DNA from: Octopus sinensis
Taxonomy: Eukaryota
Length of the DNA stretch: 64,000 nt
NCBI RefSeq assembly: GCF_006345805.1
Contig: NC_042997.1
Coordinates: 200,942,001-201,006,000, forward strand
Direction: 5' to 3'
Below, one piece after another: positions 24,957-37,525 of this stretch; position 1 is the first letter of the stretch, and each line of letters starts with the position of its first letter. The position numbers and the translations under genes were made by a program. The notes under the pieces are model-generated. The model ran no database searches, had not been told where the DNA came from, and saw only the letters and a program-made list of their open reading frames with translations.

Positions 24957-25385
24957 GCACAGGAGTGGCTGTGTGGTAAGTAGCTTGCTTACCAACCACA
25001 TGGTTCCAGGTTCAGTCCCACTGCATGGCACCTTGGGCAAGTGTTTTCTACTATAGCCTTGGGCTGACCAAAGCCTTGTGAGTGGATTTGGTAGACAGAA
25101 ACTGAAAGAAGCCCATTGTATATATAAGTGTGTGTGTCTGTGTGTTTGTGTGTCTGTGTTTGTCCACCCCCAACATTGCTTGACAACCGATGCTGGTGTG
25201 TTTATGTCCCTGTAACGTAGCAGTTTGGCAAAAGAGAATGATAGAATAAGTACTAGGCTTACAAAGAATAAGTCCTGGGGTCGATTTCCTCAACTAAAGG
25301 CGGTGCTCCTGCATATATACATATAGATAGACAGATAGCATTTGTCAAATGACTGAAACAAGTAAAAGAGAGTAAAAGAGTATAT
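24957..25385 (+). mobile_element. SINE family A
   Basis: Consensus match. Confidence 0.85.
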
Positions 25386-25694
25386 ATATATATAAAAGAA
25401 GTTTGAAAACGCCACTATATAAGATAAATTTTAATTTTCCTAGAAATTTTACATGTTTCGGTTCTTCTTGAAAAAGCGAACATTATCAAAAATATTTTCA
25501 AAAGTTAAGTGTAATAAAAAAGTTCATAATTGATTCTTACTAGTCCACGTGGTGGTTTTTTTGTGGGGGGGGAGCATAGTAGCTGTCTTGTGTGTTGACT
25601 AGATTCGTTGGCTGTAGTTGGGGAAATGTCCAGCGTCCGAAATAGCAGTAGTAGCAGTAGTAAATATATACCCACACGTATACCACCGACACTT

Positions 25695-26080
25695 ATACTC
25701 TTTTTACTCTTTTACTTGTTTCAGTCATTTGACTGCGGCCATGCTGGAGCACCGCCTTTAGTCGAGCAAATCAACCCCGGGACTTACTCTTTGTAAGCCC
25801 AGTACTTATTCTATCGGTCTCTTTTTGCCGAACACATCAGCATCGGTTGTCAAGCAATGCTAGGGGGACAAACACAGACACACAAACACACACACATACA
25901 TATATATACATATATACGACAGGCTTCTTTCAGTTTCCGTCTACCAAATCCACTCACAAGGCTTTGGTTGGCCCGAGGCTATAGTAGAAGACACTTGTCC
26001 AAGGTGCCATGCAGTGGGACCGAACCCGGAACCATGTGGTTGGTAGACAAGCTACTTACCACACAGCCACTCCTGTGCCT
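25695..26080 (-). mobile_element. SINE family A
   Basis: Consensus match with an internal deletion. Confidence 0.85.
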
Positions 26081-26213
26081 ATATATATATTATATATTAT
26101 ATATTATATATATATATATGCAAAAATTTAGATTCAAATGAATATGGTACTTAATTTAGATGCACCAGAATTTTGTATGGTGTTATCCATAAAAATCCAT
26201 GGGGTGATTATAA

Positions 26214-26326
26214 TCAAAATAAGCAACAAGAATGACTCCAGTAATTTGGTACGATCGTTTCATACTACATCGTAGTACAAAACGATCGTACAAAATTACC
26301 AGAGTCATTGTTGTTGCTTATTTTGA
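26214..26326. repeat. Palindrome made from the 3' half of the 11.85-kb HHR family
   Basis: tcaaaataagcaacaa...gtacgatcgttt / aaacgatcgtac...ttgttgcttattttga; homologous to 11819-11868. Confidence 0.75.
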
Positions 26327-27260
26327 ATATATATATATATATGCATATATATATATATATATGCATATATATATATAAAAACACCTCTGCACACAAGCAC
26401 ACACACTGACACTTGATAAGTTTCCTCCATGAATCTCTGGACTCTTGAGTCACTTTTGTAACTTTCAGCTGATTAAAAGTAATAAAACTGTACACACTCA
26501 TGTAGCGAATTCTATTTGTCCGGTTTGCTCTGCCAAAAACATATATATATAGGTGTATGTGTGTGTATGTATGCGTGTGTATGTGCGTGTGTGTGTGTGT
26601 GTGTGTGTGTGAGTCATGTAAGTGATTTAGTATTGCTTCCATTACAAACTCTCATCTATTAACTCTGAATTTATTCATCTGTTTGGCAATCAGGTTCTTC
26701 TTCTCTCCAACCGATCAAGTGTAGACATCTCTCTCTCTCCCTCTCTTCCTCTCTCTCTGCAGTATTAAACAAAAAAACAAAAAAAAAAAACGATTCTCCT
26801 CAAACTACTCACCAACGTCTGACACCAAAGAAAAATCTATGGAAAATTTTTCTTTTAAAAATAATAAACTAGAGAAAAATGGAAGAGTCATGGATGGAGA
26901 AGAGAGAGGTGGGGGGAAGTGTAAGAAAGGTTAGTGTTAGGGGCTAGGGTTAGCGTTTGTGTTTATCTTGTCTCTGTCCTCAGGCTTCTTGTTTCCATTA
27001 TAATCATAGAAAAGTTTCAGTAGTTGAAATAAGCTCCAAGTTTGATATGTCTGTGATTTCTTTGGTTCTCGTTACAGAATTTGTTGAAGAGCTGTAGAGA
27101 ATGTTCTGACTCTGAAGAAACGGTCAAAAGTTGAAGACGTTCTTCTCTTGTTTTGTTATTTTTTCATTTATTATTTTCTGAAACTTAGTTGCAAAACAGC
27201 AACAGAAACACAGCATTGTATTCAACATAGATCTGTCATCAATATATATATATATATATA

Positions 27261-27627
27261 ATTTCAACAATTGAGGGTAAAATTAATTAATTAATTAATC
27301 AATTTCACCAAGTATTCAGTATGCAAAGGGACCATTTAAGGCAAATTCAAATTATTACATTATATAAAAGGCTTAGTAAAATAATTACTTTGCCGCATAC
27401 TGAACTCGTTAGAAATAGCAGCTAAAAAAACCATTTCTAACACTTAAAGAAAACCTCTCTCATATAGTGCTTGCTCAATTCAACCCAATTGGTTGAATTG
27501 AGCAAGCACTATATGAGAGAGGTTTTCTTTAAGTGTTAGAAATGGTTTTTTTAGCTGCTATTTCTAACGAGTTCAGTATGCGGCAAAGTAATTTATTTTA
27601 CTAAGCCCTTTTATATAATGTAATAAT
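27261..27627. repeat. Element within (TA)n containing a 277-bp palindrome (27351-27627)
   Basis: Centre ctcaattcaacc-caatt-ggttgaattgag; arms nearly perfect; (TA)n on both sides. Confidence 0.85.
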
Positions 27628-28064
27628 ATATATATATATATATATATATGGGCAAAATGCTTAGCAGAATTTTGTCCATCTTGAGTTCAATTTCTATTGA
27701 AGTTGACTTTACTTTTCATCCTTTTGTGGTCAATGATATAAGTACCAGTTTCACACTGGAGTTGGCGTAATCAATTTACCCCCTCCCCCAAAATTTCAGG
27801 CCTTCATTCCTTAAGAACTCAACGACACCTATTATTTGCCTGCATTCTGTTCTTAATTCATATGCTATTATTCCTGAAACAAAGTTTGAACCAAAATTCG
27901 TGTGAAAATGTGTGTAACATTCTTATTAACTGATGTAGATTGTTCAAATTGCCCAAGTTCGTAGAACTATTCTTCCAATATACAAAGCTGTTATGCGACA
28001 TAACCCCCTTCACATGTGATTGTATTGAATTAGCATTTGTCAAAATTAAATGAGGAGAATAACA

Positions 28065-28490
28065 TCCATCATGTGGTATTCGTTTTCATTGACGCTTTTC
28101 TGAAAGCTTGTCTGACATGTTTCACATTTTATGGGGTCCATACCATTCATGGCACCCCTATTGATCTCTTATTCAATAGTGTACCTCTTGTACAAAGTGC
28201 ATTCACCCAATATAAGACTGTGTTATGGCTGGAAACAGCCTGATTTTGGTGAATGTTAAAGTGGCACCAAAACTCATGCTGAACTGCTGTGACAGACTCG
28301 TTATTCTTCATACAACTGTTGTAGGCAAACATGCAATGTTCTATCGTCCACAGCCCCATGGCTCCACCTGAAGAGGAAAAAACTACTAAGACACCATGGA
28401 CCAAATGGTATCTGTTGGACATATGTATCTCCCCTTGGAGCTGAGTAATAGCCATTTCAAAAATGTCTGTCTTCTCTGCCCCACCCTGTA
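28065..28490 (-). mobile_element. Tc1/mariner-superfamily 5' end (DUF4817-type HTH) with one TIR
   Basis: WTIEHCMFAY...KNNESVTAVQHEF..HFNI..VSSHNTVLYWVNAL..RGT; terminus TA|CAGGGTGGGGCAG at 28488. Confidence 0.7.
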
Positions 28491-28494
28491 CTCA

Positions 28495-29150
28495 CTCCTT
28501 CATAAGTCTTTCTTTCATGTCCTTTGTGTCATCAAATCGTTGTTTCTGACAGACCAAACATGTGGAAGTCAGATGCTTCCAGATCCAGGCTAATTGACCC
28601 AATTTGCCAACTGCTTGATTTGTTGTCAAAGGCGTGTAGCACCATGCATTATTATGGTGAAGGTCGATCATTTTCAGATTCTTACTTGGCTTCTCTAAAC
28701 TTTGTGATTGTCTCAGTGTTTCTGATGCAGTCACATGCCAGAAAATCCAAGAAAATAACATTCTTGTCATCCCCACACAATTGTCACCAGGACTTTCAGT
28801 GTTAATCACTGGCTCTTGAAATTCTTGGGCCTCAAAGGAAAAGTGTAACACCATTCCATCAAAATAATTCTTCATTTCCAGATCGAATGCTCTCAGGGTC
28901 AAGGCACATAGCTTAATAGGTAGAGTATTTAGCTCACAATAGTAAGGTTGTGAGTTCAAACTAGTGTATGGTTTGTCTTCAAAGCTGGTTTCCCTTCCTT
29001 GAAACTTCTTCATCTATCTGCCTATACTGCTCCTATCATCTCTGTCAATAACCTGTAATGTTCTCATGGATGTCAAACAGCTTCTTCTCCTCATTCCTTA
29101 AGAACTTAATAATAGCACATTACTTCTACTACACACCTATTATTTACCTG
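28495..29150 (-). mobile_element. Degenerate mariner relic
   Basis: Minus-strand LDLEASDFHMFG (SPDLAPSDFHLF-like), LHHNNA and KFQGRETSFEDKP. Confidence 0.6.
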
Positions 29151-29578
29151 CAATGGAAAAGGACAGAAAGAAGATTTACTTTGTCAACATGTGCAATTTG
29201 AACAATCTTTGTCAATTAATAAAAATGTTACGCCCACTTTTGTATTTCATTTGGTACAAGCACCATTGATAAGTGAACTAACAAAATGTACAATAACAGT
29301 GTCTGCATTGTTCAGAAGTGCAATGAAATGTCAGAAGCAGATGTCAGCTCAAGGCTTGTGAGTAGATAGCTCAATGGATTATTCAATCAGCCATCTGCCC
29401 TTACAATACTTCTACTTTGTAAAAAGACCATGTTTCCAAATGCTCCTATTTCTATGATTTCAATTAGAATTACTATTTAAAAACAAAATGTTACAACAGA
29501 TAAATCCACACCCTTTTTCCATCCAGTTCTAATCTACTGAAATGGTTCCTTCAAATCTTTATCAACACACATTCAACA

Positions 29579-29989
29579 GACTGGTTGTGTGGTAAGTAGC
29601 TTGCTAACCAACCACATGGTTCCGGGTTCAGTCCCACTGCGTGGCATCTTGGGCAAGTGTCTTCTGCTATAGCCCCGGGCTGACCAATGCCTTGTGAGTG
29701 GATTTGGGAGACGGAAACTGAAAGAAGCCTGTCGTATATACGTATATATATATATATATGTATGTGAATGTGTTTGTGTGTCTGTGTTTGTCCCCCTAGC
29801 ATTGCTTGACAACCGATGCTGGTGTGTTTACGTCCCCGTCACTTAGTAGTTTGGCAAAAAGAGACCGATAGAATAAGTACTGGGCTTACAAAGAATAAGT
29901 CCCGGGGTTGATTTGCTCGATTAAAGGTGGTGCTCCCGCAAGGCCGCAGTCAAATGACTGAAACAAGTAAAAGAGTAAAGAGTAAGAGT
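29579..29989 (+). mobile_element. SINE family A flanked by an 84-bp direct repeat
   Basis: 29495-29578 equals 29990-30073 with one mismatch. Confidence 0.9.
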
Positions 29990-30531
29990 AACAGATAAAT
30001 CCACACCCTTTTTCCATCCAGTTCTAATCTACTGAAATGGTTCCTTCAAATCTTAATCAACACACATTCAACACACATTTTTCTGGACTTTTCTTCTGTT
30101 TCATCTCCTCTCTTCTGTGAGAGTGCATTTAATATACACAAAAGGCACAGGCGTAGCTGTATAATTTAGAATCTTGCTTTGAAACCAGTGGGTCTGGTTC
30201 AGTCCCATTACATAGTACCTTGAGCCAATGCCTTTTATTGTACCCCGTGGTGGTGGTGGTGGGGGGGACAAAGATGTGGTAGATGGAAAGAAGCTTGATT
30301 TATCTATATCTATATATATTTGAAAAAAAAAAGTAAGTACACGTGGACTGTTGGCAATTTTTTCCTCCTTCCTTTTTCTTTGGACTTTCCTGTTTCAAAA
30401 GAAGAGATATGTTCGAAACCTAAAACAACCACTCTTCCCTTCTCTGAGCATTTTATTAATACTTTGCATGTGCTACGTCCTCGTGTTGTTTTTCTTGTCT
30501 TTTTTCTCCATTTATTTTTATGTATACATGC

Positions 30532-30577
<46 letters not shown>

Positions 30578-30654
30578 ATATGTATGTATGTATATATATA
30601 AATATGTATGTATGTATATATACATATATATATGTATGTATATATATATATGTA

Positions 30655-30860
30655 GGGAGAGTTTAGGAAAAAACAAAAGACAAAGACAGGTGGTGTACAA
30701 AACAAACAGATGTATTAGTATAACGCTCAGGAATAGAAAAAGTCTTTTATATTTCGAGCCTACGCACTTCTACAGAAAGGGACACAGAAAAAAACAAGGA
30801 GAGAAACAAGGAGAGAAAAAAATGTGTGTAGTGGCTAACAATCTATCATGGCGATATATA
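30655..30860 (-). mobile_element. Family X repeat with HHR-like motif (30744-30779)
   Basis: Near-identical to 63085-63290; flanked by TA-rich microsatellite. Confidence 0.7.
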
Positions 30861-31269
30861 TAGGAGAGGAAAAAATAATAAGGCAGAATGCTAAACTGAA
30901 AGCAAATTTTAATAAAAATGGGTGTATGAAAAATTAAAAAAAAGAAATCAAACCACTTTTCATTGCAAGGCAAATTTTATTTTCAAGATTTGGAAAGGGA
31001 AAAATTTTTTTTAAATTGAGGAAGGGGAAAAAAGAAATTTACAATGTTTTTTTTTTCAGAAAAATAATAATAAATATAAACAAAATGTAATAAATAAGTA
31101 TACCAATACATTGTAGAGTCTTTATGCTTTTAGAGTTCAATATTAGTCCTTGGAAAAACTTCTTTGGAAGATTAAGATTTATGTGTCAAAATTTGCTTTC
31201 AGTTTAGCATTCTGCCTTATTATTTTTCCTCTCTATCATTTCTCCACGTGCAGTTAACAGAACCCCACC

Positions 31270-31326
31270 ATTTACTGACTTATTTATATACACACACACA
31301 TATATATATATACATATATGCATATA

Positions 31327-31362
<36 letters not shown>

Positions 31363-31845
31363 CATATATATATACACACATACATACATATATATATACA
31401 CACATACATACATATATATATGCACACATACATACATATATATATGCACACATACATACATATATATATGCACACATACATACATATATATATGCACACA
31501 TACATACATATATATATGCACACATACATACATATATATATACACACATACATATATATATATATACACGCATACATACATACATATATATATACACGCA
31601 TACATACATACATATATACACGCATACATACACATATATATATGCATACATACACATATATATATGCATACATACACATATATACATGCATACATACATA
31701 CATACATATATATACATGCATACATACATACATATATATACATGCATACATACATATATACACACATACATACATATATACACACATACATACATACATA
31801 TATACACACATACATACATACATATATACACACATACATACATAT

Positions 31846-31878
<33 letters not shown>

Positions 31879-31880
31879 TA
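31270..31880. repeat. TA/CA compound microsatellite with 24-bp higher-order units
   Basis: (tatatatatgcacacatacataca)n is visible. Confidence 0.9.
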
Positions 31881-32076
31881 CATGACGAAGAGCTCCGCTC
31901 GAAACGTTAAACCCTCCTTCCCGTCTTTCCTGAGCGTCAATAATACTTTAATTGTTCCACGTCCTGCGTTGCTGTGTTTTTTTCTCTTTTTTTCTGTGTT
32001 TTCTTGTTTGGATTAACTTTATATATATACACACATACATACATATATACACACACATACATACATATATATACAC

Positions 32077-32107
<31 letters not shown>

Positions 32108-32832
32108 CACACACATACATACATACATATATATATATATACACACACATACATACATACATATATATATATATGAAAAAACAAGTCAAGATAGAAAATG
32201 CCAAAATAATTTTATAAAGAACATTTCAGTACCAGTTCCGGTCATTTGAGACCTTTTCAACTGTAACAATTAAAACATTAAATTTAGAAAAATTAAAAGA
32301 AAAGTTTTAAAAAAAAAAATATTTGTATAGTGTTCAAATATAAGTGGCATTTTCCTTGTTTCTGCCTTTCTCTCTCTTGTTTACTCTTGTGGGTTCAAGG
32401 TCGTTGTGAATTCTTGGTAGGGAAGGAGCAGGGGGAGAAGGGGAGGAAGAATTTGGGATTGCCTTGATTGTCGTTGGTCAGTGGTGGCTAGAAGTTCCTG
32501 CTGTTCAATTCATGAAAATATTTCTATTGAAAGGTTTGTTTATAGAATTTGCGTAGGTGTTGTACTAAAAAGCATTAGTGATAAAGTTAGGAAGAAGAGG
32601 GGGAGAAGAAGAAGAAGAAGGGTGAATATGAATGCCTGGAAGTAGTGAAATGTTGGATGACTCAAAGTTGGCACGTTGTAGGTTACAGCTGTGATTGGGG
32701 CTGATTTTTAATGGATTCTTAGGAATGTAATATTTGCGTGTGTATCTGTGTTATTCTAAAGCTGAGCTGGATATATCGTTTGTCGTAGATGTGTTCAGAA
32801 GGGGCCTGTATTTTGTAATAAAGAGAGTTTCT

Positions 32833-33447
32833 TTACTTATTCGTTGACTCGAGGTTGTATCGTCCCTGAATTGGTAGAGGGGGAAAATCCCGAAGCTTGG
32901 AGTTTTGTTGTTGGCGCAAATATCTGTGTTGGCTGAATGCTATTTTTCTGTTTTGGCGAATTTTTATCTGGGATCTGTGCAGGGCCATTCTTTTACGTAA
33001 ACTATTTTTTGTTTGGTCTATGTATTGCTCTTGACACCCAGAGCAGGTTAGTGTGTATATCAGGTTCTCCGAAGCACATGTGAAGTTGCTTTTCACTGTG
33101 AACCGTTGTTCCTCTGTGAAGGAGAACTCTGATCCCTCAGTTAGATAATCGCATATCCCGCAATTGGGTCTTCCACATTTTTTTACTGTCGGCTTCTGTG
33201 TTGATGAGCGTATTCGGGCTTGTGTTAGGAGACTTTTCATAGATTTGGGCTGTCTCTTGCTTTTTATGATCGTGTGTGTTTGGAGGATTAAGTTCATTCT
33301 GTGGTCTTTTTGTAGCAGGGGTATGTTTTGGAGGATGATGTCGAAGGCTTCATTGTTGAGAGGGTTGTGTGTGGAGATGTATGCTAAGGCTTTAATTTGG
33401 GATGTCTGAGTTCCTGGATGTTGAGTTGAAGGGCACGTTGAATGCAT
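32833..33447 (-). pseudogene. PLE Cys-rich linker and GIY-YIG endonuclease
   Basis: CGRPNCGIC linker and NLIYTLTCSGCQEQYIDQTKNSLRKRMALH; probable second frameshift near 32925. Confidence 0.9.
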
Positions 33448-35015
33448 ATGTCAATTAGTGAAGGTCGGTAGTTCCTGGTGATGAGGGTATCTTTTAGTTC
33501 ATGTAGTCGTGTGTCTCTGGTGTTTGCATTAGAAACTATAGTACATATCCTTTTTGCTAGATTGGAGGGGATATTCATTCTGGTGTGTCTGGAGTGGCAT
33601 GAATTGAAAGGAAGATATTGCTTAGAATCCGTAGGCTTGTAGTATATATCTGTTTCTATTACATTATTAGATTTCTTAATGAGGATGTCAAGGAAGGGGA
33701 GTTGTTGCTGGCTATATTCCATCGTGAATTGGATGTTTACGTCCAGTCCATTTAAAATTGCTTGAAATTCTTTGAGTTTCTCTATACGTTCATGCCAAAG
33801 GATGAAACAGTCATCCAGGTATCTCTTCCAATTGTTTTCTATGTAGAGGGAGAAAGGGCTGCCATATCTTTCTAGAACCTTGCGATACAGACTGATTTCT
33901 AGATATCTCATGACTAGGTTGGCAAAGGAGGGGGCCATTCGCGTACCCATCGCAGTCCCCGATTTTTGTCGGTAGAAGTTGTCTTTGAAGGCGAAGAAGT
34001 TATTTTCCAGGATGAATTTAACCCCTTCTATCACGATTTCTTTTTTGATGCGATGTGAGAGTTCTTTGGCGTGATTCTCTAGCCAGAATTGAATTACCTC
34101 TATTCCTAGGTTGTGGGGGATATTGGAATAGAGGTTGACTACATCGAAGGATACTAGTAGGGTGTTTTTGTTTATAGTATCAGGCAGGTGTTTGAGCATA
34201 TCCAGGTCGTCCCTTATATAGCTTTTGACATGTTTGAGGAGTGGTTTTAAGAGGGTATCTAAAAAGTTACTCAGGCGGTGGGTTTGGCATGCGGGACCTG
34301 CTATAATAGGTCTCAATTTGAGGTAATTAGGATTAGGGAATTTAATTATTTTGTCTGTGGTTATCTTGCATGCGTTACTTATTTTCTCACTTTTGTGTAT
34401 CTTGGGAATACCGTAGAATTGGCTGGTTTTACTTGTGAAATTGGTCATATAGTCATATTCTTTGTCGGTGAGCCCTTCTTTGTATGGGGTTAACATGGAT
34501 TTTAGATCCCTCATTATTTTTTGTTGACTGTAGTTTTGTGCTTTTTCATAATATGTTGTGTCTTCCAACATAGATAGTACTAAAGTTATGTAAAATGTCG
34601 TGTCCATTAAAACAACTGCACTCCCTTTATCGGCCTCTTTGATCGTTATTGTTTTGTCATGTTTTAATTTGTTCAGCTCAGCCCATTCTTTTTTGCTGAA
34701 GTTTGGTTTGTGTTTTTGTTTGTGCATGTGTTGATATGGGTAATTCGAGATGTGTTCACAGAAATGATCAAGTGTTTTGTTCTTACCTTTTGAGGGGGTG
34801 TAGTTACTCCTATTTCTGACCAACGATTCGTCCTCGTTGTATTTGTCGTATAGTTCCTCAGTAAGTCGTAATTTTCTGCAGAATTCTGCGATGTCTTCTT
34901 TCATTTCATTGTAGTTGGGGTGTTGTGGGGTGGGTGTAAACTTGAGTCCTTCGGAGAGTATATTTATTTGGTTTGCTGTTAGTTCATTGTGAGTTAGATT
35001 GATAATTTTTATCAC
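33384..35015 (-). pseudogene. PLE reverse transcriptase (543 aa, frameshifted from the endonuclease)
   Basis: ADKG, YGIPKIHK, LRPII, SFDVVNLYSNIP, QKSGTAMGTRMAPSFANL, WKRYLDDCF, LPFLD, YYKPTD. Confidence 0.95.
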
Positions 35016-35348
35016 TTTTGGTTCCTCCTGCCTGTTTGGTGCTATCTTGTGTCTCTGTGTTTGCGTATTGGGTCTAAAAAATGAATGCGGTGGTTGGGAC
35101 GGTAGCCATTATATAGTTGTTCCTTGTTGATATGGGGTGCCCTGTTGCGATTTATGGTGTGTGTTCTTGGAACAGTATTGAGAAGTGCGTCCCGATATCC
35201 CATATTCGGGTGTGGCGTTTTGGGAGGCCTTCGTTGGTAATCATTGCGAGTGGTGCGGGTTTGTTGTGCATGGTTGTTTGGCAGGTTGTTGGGGCGAAAA
35301 TTTCGTTGGTAACTCTTTTGGGTGGGGAGGAGGTTTTATATATATATA

Positions 35349-35380
<32 letters not shown>

Positions 35381-36519
35381 ATCAAAGGACATACTAAGTA
35401 TGTCTACCTGCTGGAAATAACAGCCAAAATTCTTATTTAAATCGCTGAAAAAAATGATGATAACTACAGAAATCAACCACCTGCTGGCCTGGCAAACGGG
35501 CTAAGACAACCTCTCAGCATACATTCAAGTATTTGGACTCACGTGGACCGGTTTCTGCACTCGCATAATAGCCTCACCTTCCTCAGTACACGTTACCATG
35601 ATGGAAAGCCCCAACCCATCGTGTTGAAGTCTGTGCTGCAACTGATTTATTTTGCGCCGAAATCATGGCAGCAACCAGTGAGAAAATAATTTCAATACGG
35701 AGCAAATAATTCAGGAGAAAGTATTTGCAAAGATATTATTGACTGTGTTATTATCTAGTGTAACAATTTAAAAATGATAATAACAGAACCAATAATATAG
35801 GCAATTGCAGGCCCCCAAAAGCATTAAATAACTGGAAGATTAAAATTAATCAAAGGACATACTGAATATGTCTACACAGATGAGGCTATAATGCTAGTCC
35901 AGAAACCAGTTCATGTGAGTCCACATACTTGAATGTACGTTGATTGATTGTCTTAACTCATTTGCCTGCAGATGGTTGATTTCTGTAGTTATCACCAGCT
36001 TTTTTTCGGTAATTTCATTAAGAGTTTTGACTGTTATTTCCAGCAGATAGACATTCTTAGTATATCCTTTTATTAATTTTAATCGTTCAGCTATTTAATG
36101 CCTTTTGGGGCCTGCAATCCCCTATATTATTGATTCTGTTATCATCATTTTTAATTGTTACACTAAATAATAATAGAGTCAATAATATCTTTGCAAATAT
36201 TTTCTCTGGAATTATTTGCTCTGTATATATACATATATATAATTAAAATCAAAATGAGGGTGAAAAATTGGATATTAATTTGATATCATCAATTTTAACA
36301 CCAGTGGTCTAGCATATAAAAAAACTGAGATTCAGTAAATAGTATTTCATACATAAATATAAAAGGGAATTTTTTTAACCACTATGCGGAAACCTTTATG
36401 TTTCTGGTGTGCTAAGTTTTTCCGGAGAACAATTCTTAGTGGTTAAGACCATAGTGGATCTTCTTCTAGCATAAGGGTTTCCACATAGTGGTTAAAAAAA
36501 TCTTCTTATATTTATGTAT

Positions 36520-36907
36520 ACTCTTTTACTTGTTTCAGTCATTTGACTGTGGCCATGCTGGAGCACCGCCTTTAGTCGAGCAAATCGACCCTGGGACTTA
36601 TTCTTTGTAAGCCCAGTACTTATTCTATCGGTCTCTTTTGCTGAACTGCTAAGTGACGGGAACGTAAACACACCAGCATCAGTTGTCAAGCGATGTTGGG
36701 GGGACAAACACAGACACACAAACACATACATATATATATGTACATATATACGACGGGCTTCTTTCAGTTTCCGTCTACCAAATCCACTCACAAGGCATTG
36801 GTCGGCCCGGGGCTATAGCAGAAGACACTTGCCCAAGATGCCACGCAGTGGGACTGAACACGGAACCATGTGGTTGGTTAGCAAGCTACTTACCACACAG
36901 CCACTCC
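36520..36907 (-). mobile_element. SINE family A
   Basis: Consensus match. Confidence 0.9.
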
Positions 36908-37472
36908 ATATATTTATATATATATACACACACACACATCCAGGGTATCATAAAGAAGAATGGAGAATTACACATTACTAATACTTTTTTACTAAAGAAT
37001 TATTCCCATTAAATTCACATTAGATTCCGATCCAACATATACTTCTGCCGCATAGGTGTTCTTCTAATGTTCTAAAAGGACATTAAGAAACACATGTCAG
37101 ATTGGAATCTAATGTGAATTTAATGAGAATAATACCATAATAACCAAATTTTGTGGATTTCTAATTCTCAATTCTTGTGATGTCTTGGTTGGAATCCATT
37201 GTGTGGAATCCATTGAAGAGAGCTCAGAATTTACTCATTGAGTGAAGTACAGTGTAATTGTTTATCTTAAGCAATTCTGTATATTCTCTATCATTTTAAT
37301 TGTTACACTAGATAATAACAGAGTCAATAATTTCTTCGCAAATATTTTCTCCTGAATTATTTACTCCATATGAAAATTATTTTCTTACTGGTGGCTGCCA
37401 TGATTCAGCGCAAAACGAATTAGTTGCAATGTAGACTTCAACGTGATGGGTTGGGTCTTTCCATGATGGTAA

Positions 37473-37525
37473 CGTGTGCTGAGGAAGGTGAGGTTATTAT
37501 GCCAGTCCAGAAAACGGTCCACATG
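37473..37525 (+). ncRNA. HHR-like motif of the 460-bp unit
   Basis: cgtgtg CTGAGGA [24 nt, weak stem II] GAAA acgg TC cacatg; the minus-strand copy 35540-35592 has GAAACCGGTC. Confidence 0.5.

Larger units (their letters stand above)
32175..35336 (-). mobile_element. Penelope-like element (Neptune-type), 5'-truncated, bounded by TA-rich microsatellites
   Basis: RT and GIY-YIG ORFs, long 3'UTR with an HHR relic at 32227-32263; (TA)n at 35337-35380 and TA/CA repeats below 32175. Confidence 0.9.

Noticed and set aside
31248-32249. Long Tyr/Ile/His/Thr ORFs
   Set aside because: TA/CA microsatellite lacking stops; the same applies near 23.9, 42.3 and 53.5 kb.
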